The notes: generated by a model from the sequence alone, not told the origin. A stretch of DNA of 64,000 nucleotides from Octopus vulgaris (GCA_951406725.2 OX597823.1:13454001-13518000), one strand, 5' to 3'. Positions 1 through 13,143 are shown, counted from the first letter of the stretch. Translations and numbers: made by a program.

Positions 1-785
1 GCCAGACTTCACGGTCCATCATGACATTACGGAGGGCCTGTTGCTGGATGCCTGTATCCCTGGAGATTACATCAGGGTAGGAGAGTGTGCGCCCTCTGGT
101 ATCGCGAGTAGATGGCTTCCAGAGGAGAAGAGTAGAAATTACCTCTTTTACAGCTCTACAACAATGTCCAGCAAACTGAACTCTCTTACGTTTCACAAGA
201 GATGACACAGGTGGTAGTTTCCCATATATTTGCATTTTGGTTGGATGGCGCTTCCAAGAGAGATTTTGTGCTCTCATAAGGAGGCGAGTGCAGGTTCCAT
301 CCAACCGCCTCTCAAGCTTCTTTGGTTTCAAGATGAAAGTTGTTCTTCCACCAGAATTATGCTCGGCCACGTACAACGAGGATGACATTCCTACGCCAGA
401 CTTCACGGTCCATCATGGCATTACGGAGGTCCTGTTGCTGGATGCCTGTACCCCTGGAGATTACATCAGTGTAGAATAGTGTGCGCCCTCTGGTATTGCG
501 AGTAGATGGCTTCCAGAGGAGAAGAGTAGAAATGATCTCTTTTTCAGTTCTACAACAATGTCCAGCAAACTGGACTCTTTTACCTTTCACAAGAGATGAC
601 ACAGGTGGTAGTTTCCCATATATTTGCATTTTTGGTTGGATGGCGCGTCCACGAGAGATTTTGAGCTCTCATAAGGAGGCGAGTGTACGTTCCATCCAAC
701 CGCCTCTCAAGCTTCTTTGGTTTCAAGATGAAAGTTATTCTTCCATCAGAATTATGCTCGGCAACATACAACGAGGATGACATTC
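1..785 (-). mobile_element. Two head-to-tail 394-bp copies of an RTE-type LINE 3' end
   Basis: gccagacttcacggtccatcatg starts at 1 and at 395; minus-strand peptide LERRLDGTYTRLLMRAQNLSW..RVQFAGHC..DREVWR resembles the post-RT region of RTE-like LINEs. Confidence 0.8.
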
Positions 786-1095
786 GAACGGATGGAGTAG
801 TTTGAATGGGAAACGATGCCAGACCGACCATATTCGCCGCACATTGACCCGTCTGATTATTATTTATTCTGCAGTCTTCAAAATCATTTGGAGGGAAAAA
901 ATATGAATTCTGTAGACGAGGTCAAAACAGTAGTGGAGGAGTATTTTTCGTCACAGATAAGTGAATTTTGGAAGACCTTTGTAGGAAATGAAGGAGGGTA
1001 TATTTTAGAGTAAAAATATTTTTGTTTATTTTAGTTTTTTTGAAAAATGAAAGAGGTATAAAAAGAAACCACATTATCTTTAGGATAACCCAATA
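786..1095 (+). mobile_element. mariner transposase 3' fragment with right TIR
   Basis: ORF 816-1013 PYSPHIDPSDYYLF resembles the mariner YSPDLAPSDYHLF motif; ends ...ataacccaata followed by TA repeat. Confidence 0.85.
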
Positions 1096-1398
<303 letters not shown>

Positions 1399-1978
1399 AA
1401 GGTCACTTTCGAGTGCTACTGGCAATATGTAACCCAGTACGACCGGTTGCATGGTCGGGTCGTCGGCGACTAAACCGGCAACCCCACCAAGCTTGTTTTG
1501 TGAGGAGGGTGCTTATTGGACAACCTGCGGGATGAAAAACAAAACCCGTCAAACGACGGAGGAACTCTTGAGAGTCAAGGACCATCCAATAAATATCTTA
1601 AGGATGTATCATGCGCGGGGACATAGAAATAATCGGACTGAATACCCGACCGCGCGATTAAAACATTGGGAGTGAAGGACTCCTAGCCTTTGTTAGGGCA
1701 TCCTTCTAGGAGAAGGTAACTCAGGAAACTGGGATAACTCCGACATAAAACCTGCGGCTCAGTGGTTACCGATGATGTTGACTTGTTCTTCTTTTCGGAT
1801 TATGGCTGCTGTTGCTTATTGAGTGGGATTGACTCAGTGCACAGCCTTTCCTCAGTTTAAAAAAATCTCTTGCACAGGCATTGCACGATAACAACATTGA
1901 TTAAGCTTCGCGCAATGGCCATATTCGATAACGAGGGGGCAGCCACAGTATGTATGTATGTATGTATGTATGTATGTA
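1399..1978 (+). mobile_element. Non-autonomous bipartite RTE derivative (5'UTR-like body + RTE 3' end + (TATG)n tail)
   Basis: 3' end ttaagcttcgcgcaatggccatattcgataacgagggggcagccac nearly identical to RTE 3'UTR at 44651-44695; internal tagggcatccttctaggagaagg resembles the RTE 5'UTR motif; second copy at 54470-54966. Confidence 0.85.
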
Positions 1979-2393
1979 TAAACTAGTATTAAGTATGAGA
2001 CTAGCCTCTATAATCCAAATACTTCTGAGCTGCTGCACATTATTACAGAATACTTTTACACTTGAGGAAAGCAATACAAAGTTAAAGAAAACACACTTTC
2101 TCTCTATGCGTATGCATGTGTGTGTGTGTGCGCGCGCTCATGTATGTGCCATTTATGTATCTGGGTTTCGAAATCGTGTATGCTAATACATAAATATTAA
2201 AAGAATGGGTGACAAAGAATCACTTCTCGATGACGAAAGATAAAGAATGTGTTGTGCCTGAGTGATTGATTGGTCTAAATATGGCGTGTCTTGAATATGG
2301 CTCCATGATTCTGTGTATGCTTTTGTACGCGCGTGTTTGGTAGTGTATCTATTTCTCTCTCTCTCACACACACACTCTCTCTCTCTCTCTCTG

Positions 2394-2430
<37 letters not shown>

Positions 2431-3089
2431 ACTCTCTCTCTCTCTATATATATATTTATATATGTATATATATATATATATCTGTATATATATATATGCA
2501 TGTACGTTTATATATGTATGTATGTATATATGTGTGTGCGTGTATGTTTGTATATATATATATATACATACATGCATTTATACGTACATACCTCCGTTCA
2601 ATAATAGTGTTAATTCTTCAAAGCGCAAACATTTTGTTTGTTATACATCCTCTCCCTCACAGACTTAGCGCCAACACACGTATATTCACAAGCTCGCGCA
2701 CCCCACCACACACACACACACACATACACGCATACACATACGCGCACCCACACACTAAGCAACTTTCAGGTATATATACGTACACGTAACTGCACCTGCA
2801 AACTTGTAGACAAATATTATTTTAGACGTATTTTATGTGTCTCTATAATTGTACATATGCAATATTTATGACAATACATAATATGAGAATGACGTGGAGG
2901 TGGGGGGTTGCAGGAGATTATGATAAAGATGGATGGAGATAATCATTATCCTCATTATCATGATGATCACGATGATGTTGACGACGACGGCGACGATGAG
3001 CTCCATCATCATCGTCATCGTCGTTGTCGTCGTTGTCATCATCATCATTGTTATTCAAATTGTTATATTATTTTTTATTTTATTTCTTA

Positions 3090-3481
3090 CTAGCAGTATC
3101 GCCCGGCGTTGCTCGGGCTTGTTTCGACCCTTTAGAATTGGAATTTTTGAAAAGTAAAAATGTTACATTATGTAACTTGTTATTCTCTTTAAGTGAACAT
3201 TTTCCTGGTTGAAATACACCGAAAAATGACGACACAGCAGTCAAAAAATCGTAAAAAATAGGGATTTTCATAGAAAAAAAGCACCTTTTTGATGTAAATA
3301 ATTCTTGGTGTTAACATTGTCCGATGTGAATCTTTTCTTCTACGCAAGGAAGAGCAAACCTTCTTCTATCATACTTTCAATTTTGCTCAACTTGAGCCGC
3401 AGGGTCTCGGAGGAGAGAGTGTTAGTTGAAGGCTACCAAACCTGCCATACACAGACAACTTCAGCTTTATATAGAGAGAGA
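3090..3481 (-). mobile_element. Non-autonomous Helitron
   Basis: Minus strand begins A|TC(tctctatataaag) and ends hairpin cccgagcaacgccggg + CTAG|T; no TSD. Confidence 0.8.
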
Positions 3482-3554
3482 TTATTAAGAAATAAATGAT
3501 AATTTTCATTTCTTGAAATAAGAAAGAGAGAATACGGAAAATAAGGAAAACTTT

Positions 3555-3710
3555 CAAAAATACTTCGGAAGTAAAAAATTTTTTTTTTTAAACTCAGGTT
3601 TGAAATTTCCCCAAGACACCTGATGAAGGCTGGAAGCTATATCAGCCGAAACGTTGTGTTAACAACAAACAAGATAAGAACAAATATCCGTCAAATGTAA
3701 ATAATGTATT
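3555..3710 (+). mobile_element. Penelope-like repeat family H1 body (truncated direct duplicate at 3894-4022)
   Basis: Same sequence as 11903-12054 and 58465-58569; contains a hammerhead motif; ends aaatgtaaataatgta. Confidence 0.7.
3615..3660 (+). ncRNA. Minimal type-I hammerhead ribozyme motif (H1)
   Basis: gacac-CTGATGA-a-GGCTG/CAGCC-GAAAC-GTT-gtgtt: stem I, core, stem II, palindromic AACGTT stem III. Confidence 0.7.
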
Positions 3711-3719
3711 CTATTGTGT

Positions 3720-3892
3720 CTGAGGAGAGTCATTCTGTTTTGGTGCCTTATAATTTAACACACTCACCGGTAAAATTTCCACTTATTTCTTATTTATTTT
3801 TCTAAAATTTCCGTTGCATCTCGCAACCTTTTCAATAGTTTTAGCTATAAAAAAGAAATAAGTGGAAACTTTACCGGTGAGTGCGTTAAATT
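3720..3892 (-). mobile_element. Penelope-like repeat family H3 with internal inverted repeat
   Basis: 3752-3792 is inverted at 3853-3892; same family at 29560-29755. Confidence 0.6.
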
Positions 3893-4049
3893 GATTTCTT
3901 GAAATAAGAAAGAGAGAATATGGAAAATCAGGAAAACTTTCAAAAACACTTCGGAAGTAATAAAAAAATAACTCAGGTTTGAAATCTCATCCAAGACACC
4001 TGATGAGGGCTGGAGGGTATATCTAATTGAATTAAATTCTATGTCTTTG

Positions 4050-4134
4050 TGCAGCTGAGGATTGCTCTGCATTTACATTGATGTAATGGTTGCATTTTCA
4101 ATTAAATGGAGTCGCTTGAAACGATCGTACTGCA
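4050..4134 (+). ncRNA. Type-I hammerhead ribozyme motif (H4)
   Basis: tgcag-CTGAGGA-long stem II-GAAAC-GATC-GTA-ctgca; palindromic ACGATCGT stem III; base of stem II degenerate. Confidence 0.7.
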
Positions 4135-4399
4135 TTACTTCTGGATGTCTTGTTGCTTATTTTGATTATATATACATAAGGTCCTAGTGGGGTATAAAGC
4201 AGAATATTTTCAGTGCAGCACTCAACTCAATTTCTTGGCTATCAACCACTGTCGGATTCCAGACTAATGCCGATATTCTGTAGGTGTAGAAAATCCATAG
4301 ATAAACAGCCACAACAACACACAAACACACACGTGCTCTTATAATACACACACACACAGACATGCGAGCACGCACATACCCACACATACACACATATAC

Positions 4400-4668
4400 T
4401 TCCTTCGCTTACACTCTCCTGTCTTTGAAAGAAATTTTTCTTCACCCATTTCCTTCCGGTCATTTCAATATGTGACCAGGTGTGTATCGTTGGCGATTTT
4501 CTTTCACCGTCTTCCATTCCTTGGACCTTTCCTTGTTCTATGTTTCTGACGAAGAGCTCCGCTCGAAACGTAGAATCCTCTTTTTTTCTTTCCTTTCCCA
4601 AGCGCCCAATAACACTGTACTTGTTCCACATCCTCGCGTTGTTGTTTTCTCTTTGTTCATGTTTGGAT

Positions 4669-4673
<5 letters not shown>
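4400..4673 (+). mobile_element. Penelope-like repeat family H2 ending at (TA)n; hammerhead motif at 4543-4575
   Basis: ttt-CTGACGA-a-GAGC-tcc-GCTC-GAAAC-GTA-gaa; homologous to 19848-20023. Confidence 0.7.
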
Positions 4674-4726
<53 letters not shown>

Positions 4727-4780
4727 TGGATTTTATAGATAGAAACTGAAAGAAGACCGCCGTGTACATATATATGTAAA

Positions 4781-5144
4781 AGCAAACCCCCCGTCGTCCA
4801 ATGGACGGTGCTGAGGTGCCAAACATTTAAGCCAAATTTTCTCAAAACAACTTGTCCGACTGTCCCATAGGCCTCCCCTTTGAGAAACACTCATTTTTAC
4901 CTAAGTTTGAGACACCAGCAAAAGACGGATTTCGACTGATGTACTTGCGCGTACAAATGCACATTCCCACGGCTTTATAGATCACATTCTCACCTAGAAT
5001 CGATTTTTGTAATTTTTTCAAGACTTATACATGCCTTGATACCGTCGGTATCTACATATCAAATTTGAGCGCAATCGGATGAAGGATGCCCGAGGTCCTA
5101 GAAGACAAACACACAGACAGACAGAACGGATTTTATATAATAGA
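4781..5144 (-). mobile_element. Non-autonomous Helitron-like element
   Basis: Minus strand starts A|TCtattatataaaatccg; subterminal ccgtcc-att-ggacg hairpin; inverted homolog at 62728-63092. Confidence 0.7.
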
Positions 5145-5161
5145 TATATACACACACACAC

Positions 5162-5308
5162 CGGTTTCTTCTATAGAACCCACTCACATAACTTTGGTTA
5201 TACTGAGGATATAGTAGAAGACACTTGCCTAAGTTGTCACGCAGTGGAACTGAACCCGGAGCTATGGTTGGTAAACAGACCTTTTACCACACTGCTAAGC
5301 CTGGGCCT
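5162..5308 (-). mobile_element. SINE family A head fragment
   Basis: gaagacacttgcc..gcagtggaactgaacccgg matches other A copies. Confidence 0.75.
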
Positions 5309-5687
5309 CTTCATAATTTAATCAAATTTCTCATAGGAAAACTTTGAATGTAAAAGTACGGTATGTGTTTGTTTCTCGTGGGTTAGGAATTTAGTGGGCG
5401 ACATTTATGATTGTCCCCTCCTCATATTACTTCTTCACGTTCAATATTTCTTCGACACCTTATCCTCGGGGAAGAAGAAACCATTCAGTGTTAAATCTAT
5501 CGTGTAATGCTTGGGACATTTGAGTAATTCTTGGAAATCAGATATTTTGCGTGCCATTTAAGTGCTTCTAGAACCATATGCTACGGTTCTATAAGTTAGG
5601 ACACAGGAATAATTCGTGTTAGTGGCATAACTTTTGAAAATGTATTTACTTTGGCAAAATATCAAGTCCCCATTTTTATTCATAGGT

Positions 5688-5805
<118 letters not shown>

Positions 5806-6265
5806 TATGTATATATATATATATATATACATACATACATACATACATACATACATACATACATACATACATACATACATACATACATACATACATACAT
5901 ACATACATACATACATACATACATACATACATACATGCACCTATGCCCGAAGTATATATAGAGGACTGAATTATGAATCGACCATATTCTTTCCCATCCA
6001 TAGGATTAAAATTATTTGCTCAGCTAAGTGTAACTCATTTTATTGTCACCTCTTTGCAATTCTTCAGTTCAATAATCTTAATGTCCTTGCTAAACTGGCG
6101 GATAATAGTGAAGGGACTCATAAACTGAGATCTATTTCTAGCATCAGTTTTTAATGATCCGTGAAAAGAAAGTAGCGAATTTGCTTGGCCCTTCTTACAC
6201 AGTCTATAGAGAACCCCGAATTGTATTTTTTATTACTCTAGATACCAAGTATACTATGAAGTATT

Positions 6266-6650
6266 TGGAAGCACTCCGTCGGTTACGACGACGAGGGTTC
6301 CGGTTGATCCGAATCAACGGAACAGCCTGCTCGTGAAATTAACGTGTAAGTGGCTGAGTACTCCACAGACACGTGTAACCTTAACGTAGTTCTCGGGGAT
6401 ATTCAGCGTGACACAGAGAGTGACAAGGCTGGCCCTTTGAAATACAGGTACAACAGAAACAGGAAGAAAGAGTGAGAGAAAGTTGTGGTGAAAGAGTACA
6501 GCAGGGATCACCACCATCCCCTGCCGGAACCTCGTGGAGCTTTTTAGGTGTTTTCGCTCAATAAACACTCACAACGCCCGGTCTGGGAATCGAAACCGCG
6601 ATCCTATGACCGCGAGTCCGCTGCCCTAACTACTGGGCCATTGCGCCTCC
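6266..6650 (-). mobile_element. SINE family C (tRNA-derived head, RTE-like tail)
   Basis: Head ggaggcgcaatggcccagtagttagg..ggtttcgattccc (A/B boxes); TSD atactatgaagta/acactatgaaata; homolog at 27305-27681. Confidence 0.9.
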
Positions 6651-6895
6651 ACACTATGAAATAAAAACATACTACACAGTCATCTTAGATATTCTTGTGA
6701 GCCAGAATATACAGTTCTGGTACTTTTGGTGACTCTATGACCTTTCTGTCATATTATGGCTGTTATTTCCTTGAGATGCGCCTAGGTATCATGGAATTGG
6801 CATATTTTCTAACATTTTGACAATCCAGGAATTTGGAAAAGAATTTTAAAAATTCTGATAATCCCTCCACAACACTAACATTTACTTGTTTGCAA

Positions 6896-7285
6896 GGCGT
6901 AGGAGTGGCTGTGTGTTAAGTAGCTTGCTCACCAACCACCTGGTTCCGGGTTCAGTCCCACTGCGTGGCAACTTGGGCAAGTGTCTTCTACTATAGCCTC
7001 GGCCCGGCCGACCAAACCCTTGTGAGTAGATTTGGTAGACGGAAACTGAAACAAGCCCTTCGTATATATGTATATATATATATCTGTGTGTATGTGTGTG
7101 TTTCTGTGTCTGTTTTTGTCCCCCAACATCGTTTGATGTAAATTAGTGGTTCGGCAAAAGATACCGATAGAATAAGTACTAGGCTTACAAAGAATAAGTC
7201 CTGAGGTCGATTTGCTCGACTAAAGGCGGTGCTTCAGCATGACCACAATCAAATGACAGAAACAAATAAAAGAGTAAAAGAGTAA
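6896..7285 (+). mobile_element. SINE family A
   Basis: tRNA-like head tggctgtgtgttaag / ggttcagtccc, internal (TA)/(TG) tract, (AAAAGAGT)n tail; many copies in window. Confidence 0.9.
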
Positions 7286-7629
7286 ATGCTTGCGAATCTT
7301 CCAGTGATGTCTTGTTAGTACTTATCAGGCTCTTGTAGTAATTTGCATATATGTATACTTATATTTACACACACACACACACATATACATACATGCACAA
7401 TCTCAATAAACTTTTTTTCTCTAAACGTAACTATAATAACTATAAAAATAATGACGTATATAAAGAATATAAGAATAGAATTCAATTCATAAGATTATTT
7501 ATAATATAACCTAAAACACTCTTTAAAACAATAATAATAAGATAGAAGAATTTAAAATACAACTGACAATTTCTTTTAATAACTAGGTCGTTTTTACTGC
7601 CTAGTAATTATCCACTACTAGTATTAATA

Positions 7630-7861
7630 TATTTCTTTACTACCCACAAGGGGCTAAACACAGAAGGGACAAACAAGGACAGACAAAGGGATTAAGTCGA
7701 TTATATCGACCCCAGTGCGTAACTGGTACTTAATTTATCGACCCCGAAAGGATGAAAGGTAAAGTCGACCTCGGCGGAATTTGAACTCACAACGTAGCTG
7801 CAGACGAAATACGGCTACGCATTTCGCCCGGCGTGCTAACGTTTCAGCCAGCTCACCGCCT
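7630..7861 (-). mobile_element. SINE family B
   Basis: Head ggcggtgagctggctgaaacgttagc, B-box-like gagttcaaattcc; TSD cactactagtattaata/cactactactattaata. Confidence 0.9.
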
Positions 7862-8329
7862 TCACTACTACTATTAATAGTCTTCACGAAATCCATGAAA
7901 ATGCTGTGTGACTCTAAAGTATGTAGAATCAATCATAAATATTTTATTAATAACTACTCACCGCCTAGGCAAGAATATTGGTCAGCCTCTATAAGCATTG
8001 CTGCTGCTACGGAATTTTACCGTACAATCAATTGAGAAAAAACTCTCATTGAAGAAAGTCATGGTTTCCTACAACAATACTAGGAAGCCTAATTCAAACT
8101 TAATACTCGAGGGAAAATTCATCTTCGAACAATGTCGTACATATTTGCCCTGAAGAGATCGTACTAAGAATGCATAAATTGTTGCATATACATAAGCAGT
8201 TACTGCGATCGAAACATGTGTCGGAAAAATATTATGAATAAAGTAAATGGAAATAAACATAAAGTATTAATGTTTAAACTCTTCATTATCCTTATTTTCA
8301 ATATTGTACTTTACACTCTAAGTAGCCAA

Positions 8330-8458
8330 GAATTAGACTGTAAGGTCGGGTGGGAACTAAAGGAGGTTTACCAAAAACGCACCATCTAACGGAACCAGCC
8401 TTAGCATTTTACTCAGAGAAATTCGGTATCTTCCCGGATTTTATATCCCTCATCTTAC

Positions 8459-8502
<44 letters not shown>

Positions 8503-8533
8503 GTAAGATGAGGGATATAATATCCGGGAATAT

Positions 8534-8594
<61 letters not shown>

Positions 8595-8790
8595 AAAATA
8601 AGCAACAAGAATGAATCCGGTAATTTAGTACAATTGTTTCATACTACAATTGTACTAAACAATTGTACTAAATTACTGGATTCATTCTTGTTGCTTATTT
8701 TTGATTATAATCACACCGCATATTTTTATGGGTAACACCATACAAAATTCTGGTACATCTAAATTAAGTACCATATTCATTTGAATCTAA
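8330..8790. repeat. Two palindromic Penelope-like remnants around (TA)n tracts
   Basis: 8424-8462 inverted at 8498-8538; 8596-8640 inverted at 8656-8702; 3' end ttcttgttgcttattttt matches H4 end at 4149-4170. Confidence 0.65.
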
Positions 8791-8802
8791 ATTGTTGCTG
8801 AT

Positions 8803-8907
<105 letters not shown>

Positions 8908-9217
8908 GCATGTAGGTATATATATATATATATATATATATTATTCAACAATGTTTTGTGTGGCTTTGTTTAATTCCAGCCCCACCAAATTTTATGCACA
9001 TCAGCGTATGGTATGCTCTTATAATATATGATCAAATACCTTCTTATCGGAACTTGAATGACAGATTCGGTGTTCGCAGTTGAAGACGTTAAAGAATGTA
9101 GAAAGTCTTGTCTTCTCACTTGACAAAGGGAAGAATAATTTCTCTCGCGACCACTTTTGCAGTGGTAGGTGTTACTACCTCCAAGTTTATTCGAGCGTTT
9201 TTCATAACACTTTATGC

Positions 9218-9272
<55 letters not shown>

Positions 9273-9417
9273 GGTGTGTGTGTGCGTGTGAGTGTATATA
9301 TATATGTGTGTGTATGCATGCAAGTAAAGGTATATGTATATGTAAACGAGGAGAGGGACCGAATCACAGATATACAGACACAGAGGCACATAAATAAATA
9401 CATATCTATATACATAC

Positions 9418-10058
9418 CAGAAAGGAGACAGCTGATTCAAAGCCTACAGAGCCATGCCATCAATGGAACTGTAAAATATGTAAAGCATTCCAGGAGTTTA
9501 TCATTTATGTATACATGAGTATGTCTAGATATGCAAGTATACGCACGAGCAGATATACATACAACAAAACATTCAAATCTGCACGCATGCATACATGCAT
9601 ACATACATATATACATACATACATACATACATACATACATGCATACATACATACATACATACATACATACATACATACATACATACATACATACATACAT
9701 ACATACATACATACATACATACATACATACATGCATACATACATACATACATACATACATGCATACATACATACATACATGCATACATACATACATACAT
9801 ACATACATACATACATACATACACACATACATACATACATACATACATACATACATACATACATACATACATACATACATGCATACATACATACATGCAT
9901 ACATACATACATACATACATACATACATACATACATGCATATAAACATGCATGCATACATACATACATGCATACATACATACATGCATACATACATACAT
10001 ACATACATACATACATACATACATGCATATAAACATGCATGCATACATACATACATAC
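9418..10058 (+). mobile_element. RLE-LINE family 2 3' fragment followed by ~470 bp (CATA)n
   Basis: Homologous to 53100-53260 and 54290-54440. Confidence 0.7.
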
Positions 10059-10479
10059 AGCCGTTCAAGAATTTGAACCTGGTGATCTCTATTTCCAGCG
10101 ACTTCGAGGGCCACCTCCCAGTGGTGTCGGGCGTTAACGAAGAGCCCTCGACTACAACAAGACGACCAAAGTTTTTTTCCAAGGTATGGAGTCTCCCGCC
10201 CCTAAGCCCTAGACCATCACCTAATCACCCTTACCCGTCTTGTTGCTTAACAACAACAACTACTACTACATACATACATACATACATACACACATACATA
10301 CATACATACATACATACATACATACATACATACATACATACATACATACATACTTACCTTGTTGATGTTAAAATTCTAACGGTCGTTATTTTCTTGTGAT
10401 GCGCCTGGGTATCATGGAATTGGCTTATTTTCTAACATTTTGACAATACAGTAATATATATATATATATATATATAACG

Positions 10480-10697
10480 GAAAGCTTTATGAAAATAAAC
10501 AAAAGACGAAGGTAGGTGGAATACAAACAAACAATTGTATTAGTATGGCGCTCAGGAATATAAATGCAACAAGTCTGTTACGTTTCGAGCCTACGCTCTT
10601 CAACAGAAAGATACACAGAAAAGAAACACGGAGAGAAACAAGGAGAGAAAAAAAATGCGTGCAGAAGCTAGCAAATCAACATTGCGAATCAACATGG

Positions 10698-10700
<3 letters not shown>
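10480..10700 (-). mobile_element. H2 Penelope-like repeat between (TA)n tracts; hammerhead-like motif at 10575-10609
   Basis: Minus strand CTGTTGA-a-GAGC-gtag-GCTC-GAAAC-GTA. Confidence 0.65.
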
Positions 10701-10749
<49 letters not shown>

Positions 10750-10751
<2 letters not shown>

Positions 10752-11274
10752 TTGGATTTAGGTTAGAAACTGGTTGTTTCCCTTTTGGCAAGAAATATTG
10801 AAATAAAACTGAATAATGATTTACATACATACGTACATACATACACACACACACATACATACATAAATACATACATACACACACATACATACATACATAC
10901 ATACATACATACATACATACATACATACATACATACATACATACATACACACATACATACATACATACATACATACATACATACATACATACATACATAC
11001 ACACATACACATACATACATACATACACACATACATACATACAAACATACATACATACATACATACACACACACATACATACATACATACATACATACAT
11101 ACACACATACATACATACATACATACATACATACATACATACATACATACACACACACATACATACATACATACATACATACATACATACACACACACAT
11201 ACATACATACATACATACATACATACATACATACATACACACACATACATACATACATACATACATACATACAT

Positions 11275-11314
<40 letters not shown>

Positions 11315-11366
11315 ACATACATACATACATACATACATACATACATACACACATACACACATACAT
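10750..11366 (+). mobile_element. RLE-LINE family 2 3'UTR end plus long (CATA)n
   Basis: aggttagaaactgg..gaaataaaactgaataatga matches 53325-53386 and 55099-55157. Confidence 0.7.
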
Positions 11367-11902
11367 AGCTGGATTTATTTGTGTTTCCCATTATTATTTG
11401 TAAAGGTCGTTTCTAGTTTACTTTATTTATATTTTCTATATGTGTTGACAAACTGTTTTATTTCATAGATTTCGGAATGACTTATTTTATAGAGATATTT
11501 CTTCCAATAATTGCCTGAATATTCTCATTTCAACGAAGCTTTTCAAATCACTGTATTATATATGTGGAGAAACCTTAACATATACGTGTTTTATAGTTAG
11601 ACACTTGACTTAGATATTGTCAGACACAATTATCGCCAACATCCGGTTCATAACATCCGAAACCTTATAGCAGTAGACACTAGTTTTTTTTGTTGTTTTT
11701 TTTTGTTGTTTTTTTGCGACGTATTAGATAAATATATTATCGCAAGAATTGGCTTGATTGCAGATGCATGCAAAAAATAGCTTCAGATATCTAACTGCGG
11801 CCCCTTAAATTCTGAGTACTGGTGATATATACAAATATATATATGTGTGTGTGTGTGCGTATACACACACATACGTATGTGAGGCGATAAACGACACTCT
11901 CT

Positions 11903-12054
11903 ATACATTATTTACATTATTTACATTTGAAGGATATTTCTCCTCATCTTGTTTGTTGTTAACACAACGTTTCGGAACATATACCCTCCAGCCTTCATCA
12001 GAGTCTCGGGGAAATTCGAACCTGGGTTCTCACTCTTCAGATATTTTTCGATGC

Positions 12055-12094
<40 letters not shown>

Positions 12095-12121
12095 ATTTTT
12101 ATTATTATTATTATCATAATA

Positions 12122-12207
<86 letters not shown>

Positions 12208-12244
12208 CATAATTTTTATTATTATTATTATTATAATAATAATA

Positions 12245-12276
<32 letters not shown>

Positions 12277-12971
12277 TTTTTTTTTCCTCTTTCAAATTTG
12301 CTTCCATTTCTTGCCGAGTCTCTTCCCGACTCCTAGGGCAAAGAAACTCATAGTACACACCGGTAGGCCATCAAACCAAACTCAATAGTTCGTTCATTTT
12401 TTTTTTTTTTTTTGTTAAGTTAAATTAAAATACATGGGTAGTAATAATTCTCACATCGACAATGCTCTTCTCAATACGTGTGATGTACCAGTTAAGACAA
12501 TCTTTTGCACTTCTTGCAGGGATGGTAAGCCAGGGATCATTCTCATATAATTTTCGGTTCCCTTCGTGATCATTCCTAGTGCTCCTACGATCACTGGTAT
12601 TGTAACCGCCTTGAGATGCCACATTTTCTCAATTTCAATGAGTAGGTCTTTATATTTTCTGAGCTTGTCAAACTATTTCGCTGAGATGTTATGATCACAG
12701 GGGATGCTCATGTCGATCAATAAGCAAACTTTACCGTTTTGGTCTTTCACAACAATATCTGGTTTATTGGCCTTGATGGTTCGGTCTGTATGTACTAGAA
12801 AGTCCCACAGAATGGTTACATTTTCTCCTTCAGTTACACCCTCAGGGTGGTGATTATACCACTTGTCGGCAGTTTTGATATTGTAATGCCGACTTATTAG
12901 CCAGTGTAGATATTGGCATATTATTATTATTATTATTATTATCATTATTATTATTATTATCATTATTATTA

Positions 12972-13067
<96 letters not shown>

Positions 13068-13143
13068 GGGTCACTGCCTGGAATCGAACTCGGTGTCTTG
13101 GAGTTAGTACCCCGCACTTTTAACCACTACGCAATATTCCCAC
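11903..13143 (-). mobile_element. tRNA-headed, (TAA)n-containing, hammerhead-bearing H1 element interrupted by an R4/Dong insertion; inverted partial copy at 13144-13273
   Basis: Head 13143-13066 (gcgtagtggttaa, gagttcgattcc), TAA tract, catcgaaaaata body, CTGATGA..CGAAACGTT at 12005-11961. Confidence 0.7.
12276..12918 (-). mobile_element. R4/Dong-type LINE 3' fragment (RLE domain)
   Basis: ILWDFLVHTDRTIKANKPDIVV..LIDMSIP..KYKDL..PVIVGALG; flanked both sides by (TAA)n. Confidence 0.9.

Noticed and set aside
1401-1490. HDV-like ribozyme at the bipartite element 5' end
   Set aside because: P2, P4 and CTAA-like pieces exist but there is no room for P3/L3/P1 3' strand
6575-6650. tRNA genes (also 13066-13143 and SINE A/B heads)
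   Set aside because: A/B boxes present but no proper acceptor stem, and each continues into a repeat body
7962-8149. Minus-strand exon bounded by AG and GTGAGT
   Set aside because: Stops in all three frames; no other support
9437-11468. Long ORFs of YIHT/MYVC repeats (and similar YI, N, I runs throughout)
   Set aside because: Translations of stop-free microsatellites, not genes
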